Below the pieces are notes generated by a model. The model ran no database searches and was not told the origin of the DNA. It worked only from the letters and a program-made list of their open reading frames with translations. A program made the position numbers and the translations under genes. Below, in pieces: positions 28,808-38,082 of a stretch of DNA of 60,988 nucleotides. The stretch comes from an uncultured Clostridia bacterium (GTDB lineage Bacteria; Bacillota; Clostridia; TANB77; CAG-508): the NCBI GenBank assembly GCA_947628395.1, contig CANQZP010000002.1, forward strand, positions 1 through 60,988, read 5' to 3'. How positions within the stretch are numbered: position 1 is the stretch's first letter; every line of letters begins with the position of its first letter.

Positions 28808-30481
28808 TTACTTTCCTTTCAATACCTTTCTTATTGCTTTCATCACTTTATAACTTTTTGATTGAATTAAAGAATTATACTCAAATTCTAGTTTATTATA
28901 TTTATCTGATATATCTCTATTGTTTTGTAATAATTCAGCATTTTCTTTTTCTAAGTTCGATTTTATATCTTCTAATATTAAAGCATCATTTGTTCTTTTA
29001 TATAAATTCTCAATTTTTTCTATTGGTGGAATTATATCAATATAATAATTGATTTTATTTTTATCTATAATTGTTTCTTGAATATTTTTTTCTAATTTAT
29101 TAAAAATTTCTTTATATTGTATAATTTCAAATTTTTCAAGCATTTTGTCAATGTCAATAAATTTCGAAATATCATTTTCATTATAGCAATATAAATTATT
29201 TATAGCTCTATATAATATAAATTCTATTGGTATATTTTCAAAGTACCATTCTTGATCATAAAGCAAATATTCATCATTAGAATCTAAAAATACATTTTCA
29301 AAACATAAGTCAATAAATCCATATTTTGTTATATTCATTTTTTGTAATAAGTCAGTATCGACTTCAATATTAAACTTTTTGAATATATTGTCTTCTAACA
29401 TATTATCTTTAGTTGAAATTTTTTCACATATATATTTGTACCATTTTGTTATCTCTTCTAGAGCTTTTTCTTTTTCATTTCTTTTTATTAAATTTATTAT
29501 TATTTTATCTAATTCTTCATATTCGATAAAATCACTTATTATAGTATCATCTTCAATTTTCTCTAGAACTTTAAAACCTAGTTCTTTTAGTTGCTTTATA
29601 TAACTTTTTATATTTTCTATATGTTCTTTTCCTTTTTCATCTATTGCATATTTAAAAACTTGATTTTCATGCATTACAAGCATTAGTGTATATTCATCTT
29701 TTCTTAAATTATTATAACTTACAAATTTAATATCATTATCTATTTTTTCATTTGAAATTTCTACTAAATAAGAATTACACATTTTTTCAAACAAATCACT
29801 TTTGCATATTTGCTTGATTGCTTGAATTTCATTATATAATATTATACTATCTTTGTTGTAGTATAATTGATATACTAACTTACTCATACAATCTTTAGGT
29901 AAAAAATCATCTGTAAAAATTGAATTTACCATCCTATAATCTGGTACAGGATAATAGAATTTATAATTATCAAATTTAGCATTTTCTATATTTTGAATTA
30001 TTTCATTTTTAGATAATAAATTACTTTTACTTAAATCAATGTCATTTGTTATAGAATCAAATATTTTATCATAATGTTTACTTTTTGCTCCACAGAAATA
30101 CTTAATTCCAAATCTATTATTTATTGCTAAAATAATTTTTCCATCATCTTTTAATTTGCCTTTTAAATACAATAATAAATCAGAATATGGATTTTTAGTT
30201 TCAAAAAATAATGAACTATACTCATAAGAGCCTATAAGAAGTATATAATCAAATTCTTCTTGTATTTCTATGCTTTTTAATTTTACAAAACAGTTATTAG
30301 GTTTTAAATTTACTACTTTTACGTAGTAATCTTGATTATTTGCAAACTCAAACATATCTTCATCATTAATAATTATTTGTAAAATTTTACTTCCTTTTTT
30401 AAAAGGATACCATGCAATTATGTTTTCTTTTATATATGCTTTTAAATTTTCTTGATTATCATTTTTCATGCAATCCTCCAA
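28808..30481 (-). CDS. WbdD-like chain-terminator paralogue: degenerate methyltransferase fold, kinase-like region, coiled coil
   Basis: 557 aa. The N-terminal ~230 aa are paralogous to the next gene (WYPFKxxxxxLxI, DYIxLIGxxEY, DGKxxxAIxNxFGIKYFxGA, YYPVPDY), but the SAM-binding GxGxG is replaced by KILQIIINDED. The middle region has DLCFENVFLDSNDEYLLYDQEW (kinase-fold-like). The C-terminus is a coiled coil ending SKSYKVMKAIRK. Confidence 0.6.
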   Translation of the reverse strand: MEDCMKNDNQENLKAYIKENIIAWYPFKKGSKILQIIINDEDMFEFANNQDYYVKVVNLKPNNCFVKLKSIEIQEEFDYILLIGSYEYSSLFFETKNPYSDLLLYLKGKLKDDGKIILAINNRFGIKYFCGAKSKHYDKIFDSITNDIDLSKSNLLSKNEIIQNIENAKFDNYKFYYPVPDYRMVNSIFTDDFLPKDCMSKLVYQLYYNKDSIILYNEIQAIKQICKSDLFEKMCNSYLVEISNEKIDNDIKFVSYNNLRKDEYTLMLVMHENQVFKYAIDEKGKEHIENIKSYIKQLKELGFKVLEKIEDDTIISDFIEYEELDKIIINLIKRNEKEKALEEITKWYKYICEKISTKDNMLEDNIFKKFNIEVDTDLLQKMNITKYGFIDLCFENVFLDSNDEYLLYDQEWYFENIPIEFILYRAINNLYCYNENDISKFIDIDKMLEKFEIIQYKEIFNKLEKNIQETIIDKNKINYYIDIIPPIEKIENLYKRTNDALILEDIKSNLEKENAELLQNNRDISDKYNKLEFEYNSLIQSKSYKVMKAIRKVLKGK

Positions 30482-30486
30482 ATTTA

Positions 30487-31608
30487 TTATTTTTTAGATT
30501 TTCTAAAAGGTTTAGTATATCTCCAAGACTTAGAGTTTATAATTGTATTTAAATCATTTTTTAATTTTTTATTTTCTTCTTCAAGTTCCCTAATTTCTTT
30601 TTCTGTACTCTGATAATTATCTATTATCTTATAATTGCCATTAAAAAATTTTTCCATATATTTATCTATTTTAACAAATTGATAATCTTTAAGATTTGTC
30701 TCTGTTTTTATTTCTTTTCCTGAACACTCTACAAAAAATGAATTGGCAAAAAATCCAAACATATTATTTTTTACAATATCTTTTAATGCTTCTTTCTCGT
30801 CAAAATCAAGTATTTCATTACTTGACGTATATGGCATATAATCTAATATTTTATCTATTGGTTGATATTCATCAGAAAATATTTCCTGTGGTAATTTATA
30901 ATCCGGCACAGGATAGTAAAATTTAGTATATCCCAAACCACTATTTTTTAAAATATTTTTCAATTCTTCTCTTCCAAAAGTACGAATTCCATTTTTATTT
31001 TCATATCCTAATATTCCATCATATTTTTTACCCGTATGATCTTCATTTGCTCCCGAAAAATATTTTATTCCAAATTGATTTTCTATTGCTATCAAAAGCT
31101 TTCCATCTTCTTTTAATAATGACTTTATATATGTTAAAAAATCATAAAATGGATTTTCTGTATTAGTATATAAAGGAGCATATTCTAATACTCCAATTAG
31201 AGTTATATAATCGAATTTTTTATCAAATTTAATATCATTAAAATTCCCAACTATTATTTCTAAATTTTCCTTATCTTTGCATCTCTTAGCTATTGCTGAA
31301 GCTCTTTGTTTTGATAATTCTACTGAAGTAACATTACCTGCTTTTTCACAAAGAATTCCTGTAATTGCACCCATTCCAGCTCCAATTTCTAAAACTTCTG
31401 CATTTTCTTTAAAAGGATACCAATTTAAAATATTTTTTCTTAGTGATGTTAAATGATAAAAAACCGGCCATCTTATATCTTTCTCAAATACTTTTGTAAA
31501 ATCTTTTTCGTCATACTCATCCATGTAATTCAAGATTTCTTTTTCAATATCACCATCACAATATTCATCTTTTCCAGTATAAAAATCGTAATTTATTTTC
31601 ATTAACAT
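30487..31608 (-). CDS. class I SAM-dependent methyltransferase (putative glycan terminal capping)
   Basis: 373 aa. SAM motif VLEIGAGMGAITG, an acidic loop (VELS) and motif DYITLIGVLEY. C-terminal coiled coil ending SKSWRYTKPFRK. Confidence 0.75.
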   Translation of the reverse strand: MLMKINYDFYTGKDEYCDGDIEKEILNYMDEYDEKDFTKVFEKDIRWPVFYHLTSLRKNILNWYPFKENAEVLEIGAGMGAITGILCEKAGNVTSVELSKQRASAIAKRCKDKENLEIIVGNFNDIKFDKKFDYITLIGVLEYAPLYTNTENPFYDFLTYIKSLLKEDGKLLIAIENQFGIKYFSGANEDHTGKKYDGILGYENKNGIRTFGREELKNILKNSGLGYTKFYYPVPDYKLPQEIFSDEYQPIDKILDYMPYTSSNEILDFDEKEALKDIVKNNMFGFFANSFFVECSGKEIKTETNLKDYQFVKIDKYMEKFFNGNYKIIDNYQSTEKEIRELEEENKKLKNDLNTIINSKSWRYTKPFRKSKK

Positions 31609-31612
31609 TCTC

Positions 31613-32911
31613 CTATTTTATATCAATTTCTGTTTTTAAATCTAATAAACCTAAACAATCTCTATATCCTAATATCTCTAAAAATATAGCATCATATTTT
31701 CTATCAAAAACTTCTAAATCACCTTTTTCATTAAATCTAGTACAACCAAAAGATATTGTATATTTTTCAGGATTTAATGGAATAGATTGTTTAAATTCAA
31801 CAATCGCTATATCTCCTTTTTTATAACTTCCTGTTTTCTTTTTATAAACTTTTGTATTTGCACCAGCAAGTTCTAATCCTTTAACATCCTTTATAGAAAC
31901 TGCAAATATTGGTTCATCTATATTTTTATTAAATTGTACTTTCATTTTTATAATATATTCATCATTATTATTTATAGTAGTTTGAAGATTATTTTCTAAA
32001 TCAAATATACCATAATCTATTATTTTAGCTGCTCCTGTTCCATAAGTTAACAAATCATCATTTCCACTATAATATTTACTCCAATTCTCCAATTTATCTG
32101 CATTTATTTTACTTTCTAATTCCTTGTTTTTCTTTTTTTGTTCTTCTTCATCATTTTTATCATCATCTAGTCCTACTATCATCTTCTTATATTTGTCAAC
32201 ACCAGTTTTTACATCACCATCATATATCTTCTTTCCATCAGAAATTATAATAACTCTATTACAATTTCTAATAATATCAGAAACACTATGACTAACAAAA
32301 AGAATAGTTTTTCCAGCCTTTTTAAATTCTTCAAATTTTTTAAAACATTTCAATTGAAAAGCCATATCTCCTACTGATAAAACTTCATCAACAATTAAAA
32401 TATCTGGATCAACATTAATTGCACAAGCAAATGCTAAACGTGCAAACATACCCGATGAATATGTTTTTACTGGTTGATAAAGATGATCTCCTATATCAGC
32501 AAATTCTATAATTTCTGGCTTTTTTTCTTCTATTTCTTTTTTTGTAAGTCCAAAAATCTCTCCATGTTGATAAATGTTTTCTTCACCAGTAAGCTCCATA
32601 TTAAAAGCTGTTCCAAGTTCTAAGAGTGAGCTAATTTTTCCCTTTGTTTCTATAGTTCCACTTGTTGGAATTACTACACCTGTTATCATTTTTAAAAGTG
32701 TAGATTTTCCAGCTCCATTTCTTCCTAATATTCCTAAAACTTCACCTTTTTTTACATTTAAATTTAATTCATCCATTGCTCTGAAAGGTGTATGTTTTTT
32801 ATAGCCTGGTAATACAGTTTCTAAAAGTCTATCTTTCTTTCTTGCAAACATTTTATATTCTTTTACTAGATTTTTTATTTCTATAATGTTTTCCTTTTCG
32901 TTATTTTCCAT
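31613..32911 (-). CDS. ABC transporter ATP-binding protein, Wzt/TagH type, with C-terminal extension
   Basis: 432 aa. Walker A GRNGAGKST, signature YSSGMFARL, Walker B ILIVDE. An extra ~160-aa C-terminal beta-rich domain sits in the position of the Wzt glycan-binding domain. Confidence 0.85.
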   Translation of the reverse strand: MENNEKENIIEIKNLVKEYKMFARKKDRLLETVLPGYKKHTPFRAMDELNLNVKKGEVLGILGRNGAGKSTLLKMITGVVIPTSGTIETKGKISSLLELGTAFNMELTGEENIYQHGEIFGLTKKEIEEKKPEIIEFADIGDHLYQPVKTYSSGMFARLAFACAINVDPDILIVDEVLSVGDMAFQLKCFKKFEEFKKAGKTILFVSHSVSDIIRNCNRVIIISDGKKIYDGDVKTGVDKYKKMIVGLDDDKNDEEEQKKKNKELESKINADKLENWSKYYSGNDDLLTYGTGAAKIIDYGIFDLENNLQTTINNNDEYIIKMKVQFNKNIDEPIFAVSIKDVKGLELAGANTKVYKKKTGSYKKGDIAIVEFKQSIPLNPEKYTISFGCTRFNEKGDLEVFDRKYDAIFLEILGYRDCLGLLDLKTEIDIK

Positions 32912-33887
32912 CCTTATTTCCTTTCAGTTTTAGTCTAATATAAAATACCATTTTAGCTATTATTGGTATATTAAAAATCAAAAAGTTACTCAAGTAAAAA
33001 TATAAATTATCATTTTTATATAATCTATGATAAATGCTCCATCCTTTAAAATTTATATATTTCTTTTCTTTTAAATTTTCAAAATATTTTAGTGATTTTA
33101 TATTTAACTTCTTTAAATTTTCAGGAAAAGAAATATCATTTTTTACATAAGTATCAAAAATTGATATTTTTACTTCAATAAAATGATTTCTTAAATCTTC
33201 AAATTTTTTATATCCATTTCCTTTCGTTTTTGCTCCTACTTGATTATTTCCATGTTGCCTATATTTTATTAAAGGCTCATCTAAATATTTTACTTTCCCT
33301 TTCATTGATACAATAAGTGGTATCCAAAAATCATGTATTACATATTTTGAACCACTTGGAATTGGTAAAATATCTTTTAAGAATTCCTTTTTTGACATTA
33401 ATGTACAACCTGTTACACAATTATATAGGTATTCTAATCTATAGTCATCATACTTATTAGATTTCTTATCATATTTCATTAATCTATTAAAAGACGGATA
33501 AATTTCTTTTAAATTCTTATCTACAACAGTTAAATCTGTAAATACTAAATCCGAATTAGTTTGTTTTAAGTAATTATATGTTTTTTCTATTTTTTCTTTA
33601 TTCCAAACATCATCTTGATCTGATAACATATAAATTTTATTTTCCACTTGTCTTAATAAAAATTCAAAATTTTTTACATATCCTAAGTTTTTTTCTTGAA
33701 AAAATACTTTTATTCTGTTATCTTTTTTCTCATACTGTTCTAATATTTTTCTAGTATTATCTTTAGAACAATCATCTGAAATTATTAAATTAAATTCTTT
33801 ATAAGTTTGGCTTAAAATTGAATCTATTTGTTCTTTTATATATTTTTCGCCATTATATGTTGCAAGTAAAATATCTATTTTTTCCAT
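32901..33887 (-). CDS. family 2 glycosyltransferase (rhamnosyltransferase-like)
   Basis: 328 aa. IDILLATYNGEKYIKEQIDSILSQTY, SDDCSKDNT and SDQDDVW motifs, as in RgpB/WbbL-type rhamnosyltransferases. Confidence 0.75.
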   Translation of the reverse strand: MEKIDILLATYNGEKYIKEQIDSILSQTYKEFNLIISDDCSKDNTRKILEQYEKKDNRIKVFFQEKNLGYVKNFEFLLRQVENKIYMLSDQDDVWNKEKIEKTYNYLKQTNSDLVFTDLTVVDKNLKEIYPSFNRLMKYDKKSNKYDDYRLEYLYNCVTGCTLMSKKEFLKDILPIPSGSKYVIHDFWIPLIVSMKGKVKYLDEPLIKYRQHGNNQVGAKTKGNGYKKFEDLRNHFIEVKISIFDTYVKNDISFPENLKKLNIKSLKYFENLKEKKYINFKGWSIYHRLYKNDNLYFYLSNFLIFNIPIIAKMVFYIRLKLKGNKDGK

Positions 33888-33890
33888 ATT

Positions 33891-34376
33891 TTAAGCTTCT
33901 TTCTTTTTAAAAATTATAAGTTTACTAAAAATAAAATTTACAAGTATTACTAAAATATTTACTAGTATTTTCATTAATATATCATTCCAATTTAATATAT
34001 TAACAGTAAGTTGCATAAGTCCTAAATCCATAATTGCAGTAACTATTCTACAACTAATAAATGAAGTAAACTCTCTTAATAAATCTTTTTTTGATTCTGT
34101 TTTAGTTTCAAATACAAATAATTTATTAGTTATATATGCAAATAATATTGATATAATAATTGCTATAACATTACTTATATTTACTCTTAAATCATCAGTT
34201 AAATTTAAGAAAATCAAACGTGCGCAAATGATAAATACTAGAATATTAACGAGAGTTGCTAAACCTCCAAATATTAAGTATCTCATACCTTCTCTGTGAT
34301 TTCTATATATATCTGCTAATTTTTTTAGTTTAATTTTATCTAATATATTTAGAAAAAAATTTTCTAGTTTTTCCAT
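33891..34376 (-). CDS. GtrA family membrane protein
   Basis: 161 aa with four TM helices. YLIFGGLATLVNILVF and NKLFVF motifs are typical of GtrA-like proteins. Confidence 0.75.
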   Translation of the reverse strand: MEKLENFFLNILDKIKLKKLADIYRNHREGMRYLIFGGLATLVNILVFIICARLIFLNLTDDLRVNISNVIAIIISILFAYITNKLFVFETKTESKKDLLREFTSFISCRIVTAIMDLGLMQLTVNILNWNDILMKILVNILVILVNFIFSKLIIFKKKEA

Positions 34377-34379
34377 AGT

Positions 34380-34775
34380 CTATTCCTTTTTACTATTCAA
34401 ATATTTCTCAACTAAATCAATTAGTTCCTTTGCTGTATTTATTTGATTTTTAGTATCTTCTTCATTAGCGACAAAATCATAATCATAGTCACTATCTTCT
34501 CTAGTAGTCGAAGCTAATCCTATTTTTCTTCCTAACATTTTAGGAAATATTTCTGTCTTTACATATGTCTTATTAAAATATCCTATAACATCTTTATGTC
34601 TTTTAAAATCCACTCTTTCTAATGCCAATACAGCTTTTATTGCATGTAAGATTGAATAATAAGCTCTATTATTAGCAGCTTTCAAGAGATTCTCTCTATA
34701 CATTATCTCACTAGCTTTTAAATCTTCTTTTGCTTTTTCTAATCTATATAACGCCATATTAAAGTTTTTATTCAT
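34380..34775 (-). CDS. HEPN domain protein (putative toxin of a HEPN/MNT pair)
   Basis: Start set to the ATG at 34775 (MNKNFNMALYRLEKAKEDL), which overlaps the MNT stop as ATGAATAA. Pattern AANNRAYYSILHAIKAVL ... TREDSDYD matches my recollection of the HEPN family. Confidence 0.7.
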   Translation of the reverse strand: MNKNFNMALYRLEKAKEDLKASEIMYRENLLKAANNRAYYSILHAIKAVLALERVDFKRHKDVIGYFNKTYVKTEIFPKMLGRKIGLASTTREDSDYDYDFVANEEDTKNQINTAKELIDLVEKYLNSKKE

Positions 34776-35103
34776 GTAGAACCACTCCTTCTTTTTGAAC
34801 ATTCATATAAAAAGGTAATGTATCTAACCAGTAATTAAACTTATCTATATTTTTTATTATGGGTGATATTATTATATCGTTCTCAAGCTCTATATCATAC
34901 ATAAAATAAACTATTTCTGTTCTGTATTTTACAATTTCTTCATCAGATAAATCAGTTAATATCATAATATCAATATCTGAATTTTTACTATAGTTTCCCC
35001 TAGCATAAGAACCATATAATATAATTTTTTTTAATCTGTCACCTAGTATTTTTTCTACGCCTTTAGTAAATTCACTTAAAATTTTTTCTATCCTATTAGG
35101 CAT
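34768..35103 (-). CDS. minimal nucleotidyltransferase (MNT, putative antitoxin)
   Basis: 111 aa. LYGSYARGNYSKNSDIDIMILTD is the GSxxRG...DxD polymerase-beta-type nucleotidyltransferase motif. Confidence 0.8.
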   Translation of the reverse strand: MPNRIEKILSEFTKGVEKILGDRLKKIILYGSYARGNYSKNSDIDIMILTDLSDEEIVKYRTEIVYFMYDIELENDIIISPIIKNIDKFNYWLDTLPFYMNVQKEGVVLHE

Positions 35104-35119
35104 AACTTAATTCTCCTTT

Positions 35120-36250
35120 TTATATTTTTTTAAATATATCCACACTATCTAACTTTTCCCATGTACATTCAATTTTATTTTCATCATCTATGTATCTTCT
35201 TCCAAAATGTCCACCATTACAAGTTTGCGAATAAATAGGATTTCTTAAATCTAGTTTTTCAATAATTCCTTTTGGTGATAAATCAAAATTATCATATATA
35301 GTTTGAATAATCTTATCATCACTAACAACGTTTGTTCCTTTACAATCCACATATATTGATATAGGTTGTACTACTCCAATTGCATAAGACAATTGTATTA
35401 AACATTCCTTAGCAATTCCTGAAGCTACAATATTCTTTGCTAAATATCTAGCCATATATGCAGCTGACCTATCTACCTTTGTTGGATCTTTTCCAGAAAA
35501 AGCTCCTCCACCATGTGGAGCATATCCTCCATAAGTATCTACTATAATTTTTCTTCCTGTAAGTCCTGCATCCCCTTCTGGTCCACCAATAACAAATTTT
35601 CCAGTTGGATTTATAAGGACTTTAAAATCTGTATTTAAATTATATTTTTTAGCTATTTTATCCATTATTTGTGTCTTTATATACTCTTTAAATTCTTTTT
35701 CATTATATTCTTCTTTATGTTGAATAGACATAAGCATTGTATCTACTCTAGGATTTTTTTCTGAATAATCTATCGTTACTTGTGATTTCATATCAGGTCC
35801 TGCCCATTTGAAATCTCCACTTTTACGAAGTTTAGTTGCAGTTTTTACTAAATCATGTGCAGCCGTAATTGCAAGAGGCATAAATTCTGGTGTTTCACTA
35901 TTAGCATATCCAAACATAATTCCTTGATCTCCAGCTCCGCCTATATCCACACCCATTGCAATATCTGGTGATTGTTTACTAATTAAATTTAAAACTCTAG
36001 GCTTATATTCATATCCTATTGATTTAATAGTATTTTTAGCGATTTCTTCAACATTTACATCCGCATTTGTTGAAATTTCTCCAGCTAAAACTATAAAATC
36101 ATCTTTGGCCATAGTTTCACAAGCTACTCTTGAATTTTTATCTTGCTTTAAACATTCATCTAATATACTATCAGAAATCATATCACATACATGATCTGGG
36201 TGACCTATTGAAACAGCTTCTGATGTAAATAATTTCTTTATTTTCTCCAT
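35120..36250 (-). CDS. metK: S-adenosylmethionine synthetase (divergent copy)
   Basis: 376 aa. GHPD near the N-terminus, GAGDQGIMFGYA and GGGAFSGKDPTKVDRSAAY signatures. The N-terminal segment (GHPDHVCDMISD) departs from the usual GHPDKxxDQISD. Confidence 0.9.
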   Translation of the reverse strand: MEKIKKLFTSEAVSIGHPDHVCDMISDSILDECLKQDKNSRVACETMAKDDFIVLAGEISTNADVNVEEIAKNTIKSIGYEYKPRVLNLISKQSPDIAMGVDIGGAGDQGIMFGYANSETPEFMPLAITAAHDLVKTATKLRKSGDFKWAGPDMKSQVTIDYSEKNPRVDTMLMSIQHKEEYNEKEFKEYIKTQIMDKIAKKYNLNTDFKVLINPTGKFVIGGPEGDAGLTGRKIIVDTYGGYAPHGGGAFSGKDPTKVDRSAAYMARYLAKNIVASGIAKECLIQLSYAIGVVQPISIYVDCKGTNVVSDDKIIQTIYDNFDLSPKGIIEKLDLRNPIYSQTCNGGHFGRRYIDDENKIECTWEKLDSVDIFKKI

Positions 36251-36264
36251 TTTACTTCTCCTTT

Positions 36265-37056
36265 TTATAATACATCTGCAAAATCCTTTTTGCTCTTTTT
36301 AAATATATAATTACCCCAAACAAACAAGAATAATGTTATTGCCCAAAAGATGATTGTAAATAATCCATTATGATCTGTTACAATATTTTCATTGATAAAT
36401 ACTTGTCTAAATCCTGTTACTAAATAATTAAATGGACTACACTTAAATATACTTTGTATTGTAGGATGATTCTGAAGCATTGACATATTCCAAACTATTG
36501 GTGTAAACCAGAAAATTAATTGCATTACTATAGCAAGCAATTGTGAGAAATCTGGAACTAATGTTGATACTGCTGATGTAAATCTTGTAAATGCAATTAT
36601 GAAACAATATAAACATAAAAGCATATAAAGTAATAATAAAACTTTAGGCATAAATCCCATCATCATACATATTACAATTGAAATTGCAAATAAAAACAAA
36701 GATATAAAACTAGATGATATTATTGATATAATCGGGATAATATCTACTGGAAAAACTACTTTTTTTACTAAATAGCTGTATGTTCTTATAGAATTACTAG
36801 CACTCATTATACTATCATTCATACATAGCCACATAGACATTCCAGGCAAAAACCATACTACATAAGGATATTCTCCACTACTACCCGTTTTTAAAATATA
36901 TTGAAATACAATTACATAAGTAATCATAAAAATGAATTGTTGTAAAAATCCCCAAATTGTTCCTAAACTTGTATTAGCAAATCTATTTCTAAAATCATTT
37001 CTACCTAGCCTCCAGGCGAGTTTCTTATTTTTCCATAAAGTCTTTATAAATTCCAT
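36265..37056 (-). CDS. ABC-2 type polysaccharide export permease (Wzm/TagG/RgpC type)
   Basis: 263 aa with six TM helices. N-terminal LAWRLGRNDFRNRFANTSLGTIWGFLQ is typical of ABC-2 glycan exporters. Confidence 0.85.
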   Translation of the reverse strand: MEFIKTLWKNKKLAWRLGRNDFRNRFANTSLGTIWGFLQQFIFMITYVIVFQYILKTGSSGEYPYVVWFLPGMSMWLCMNDSIMSASNSIRTYSYLVKKVVFPVDIIPIISIISSSFISLFLFAISIVICMMMGFMPKVLLLLYMLLCLYCFIIAFTRFTSAVSTLVPDFSQLLAIVMQLIFWFTPIVWNMSMLQNHPTIQSIFKCSPFNYLVTGFRQVFINENIVTDHNGLFTIIFWAITLFLFVWGNYIFKKSKKDFADVL

Positions 37057-37076
37057 AATTTTTATCCTTTCTATTC

Positions 37077-38048
37077 TTAAGCAACTAAATACACAAAATA
37101 CGATAATATAGGAAAATGAAATAACATTATTTCTTTTAAAGCTCTTTTTCCCATATTTTTATACCCTAAAAACTCAAAATATTTTTTTAAATTTAAATTT
37201 ATATATTTTGAATTCATTATTTTCTCATAATAATCTATAATTTTCTCATATTTTTCTTCTTTAGTATAAGCTAAGCACATCTTTGCACCATTATAATAAG
37301 CTTTTTTTATAGTATTTTTTCTATACCCTAAAAAATCTTTGTATTTTTTTCCTTTTTTATTCCTTTTAATATTAGTCTTAAAACTTCTTCCTCCAAAAAT
37401 ATTATCACCATGTAATCTATAAGCAAAAAGTGGTTCTTCAATAAAACTAATTCCATTATTCAAACTTGCAACAAACATTGTAATCCAGTCATGAGCAATA
37501 ACATCTGATTTAAAAGGTAAAAGTTTTTCTTTTAAGCTTTTAGTAATTATTTGAGAACAACCTAAAGATACACTTCTAGTAAAACATAATAAATTTTCCT
37601 TTCCTTCAATAATTGGAAAATTCTTATATTTTAAATAACTTTCATTTAGAAGTTTTCCAGTTTCATCTACCTGTTTTTCATCACAATAAACTAAATCTGC
37701 TTTTGTATTTTTTATTTTCTCTAAGCTTTTTTGAACTTTGTTACTATACCATATATCATCATGATCTGAAAACATAATAAATTCAGCAGTAGATACTCCA
37801 AGTAAAAATTCAAAATTCTTACTAAATCCTAAATTCTTTTCTTGAAAAAACAAATAAATTCTATCATCTTTTTTTTGATATTCTTTTAGAACATCTATTA
37901 CTTCTTTTTCAGATGAACAATCATCACTAATATATAACTTAATATTTCTATACGATTGATTTAAAATACTATCTATTTGTTTCTTTAAGAAATTGATATT
38001 ACTGTTATATGTAGTTAATAAAATATCTACTAATTCTTCTTGTTCCAA
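37077..38048 (-). CDS. family 2 glycosyltransferase (rhamnosyltransferase-like), first gene of the locus
   Basis: VDILLTTYNSNINFLKKQIDSILNQSY, SDDCSSE and SDHDDIW motifs. Start moved to the TTG at 38048, 8 nt after AGGAGTG. The ORF-track N-terminal extension overlaps a promoter and has no RBS. Confidence 0.75.
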   Translation of the reverse strand: MEQEELVDILLTTYNSNINFLKKQIDSILNQSYRNIKLYISDDCSSEKEVIDVLKEYQKKDDRIYLFFQEKNLGFSKNFEFLLGVSTAEFIMFSDHDDIWYSNKVQKSLEKIKNTKADLVYCDEKQVDETGKLLNESYLKYKNFPIIEGKENLLCFTRSVSLGCSQIITKSLKEKLLPFKSDVIAHDWITMFVASLNNGISFIEEPLFAYRLHGDNIFGGRSFKTNIKRNKKGKKYKDFLGYRKNTIKKAYYNGAKMCLAYTKEEKYEKIIDYYEKIMNSKYINLNLKKYFEFLGYKNMGKRALKEIMLFHFPILSYFVYLVA

Positions 38049-38082
38049 AAAAAGCACTCCTAAACATAAAAATACTAGTGTA

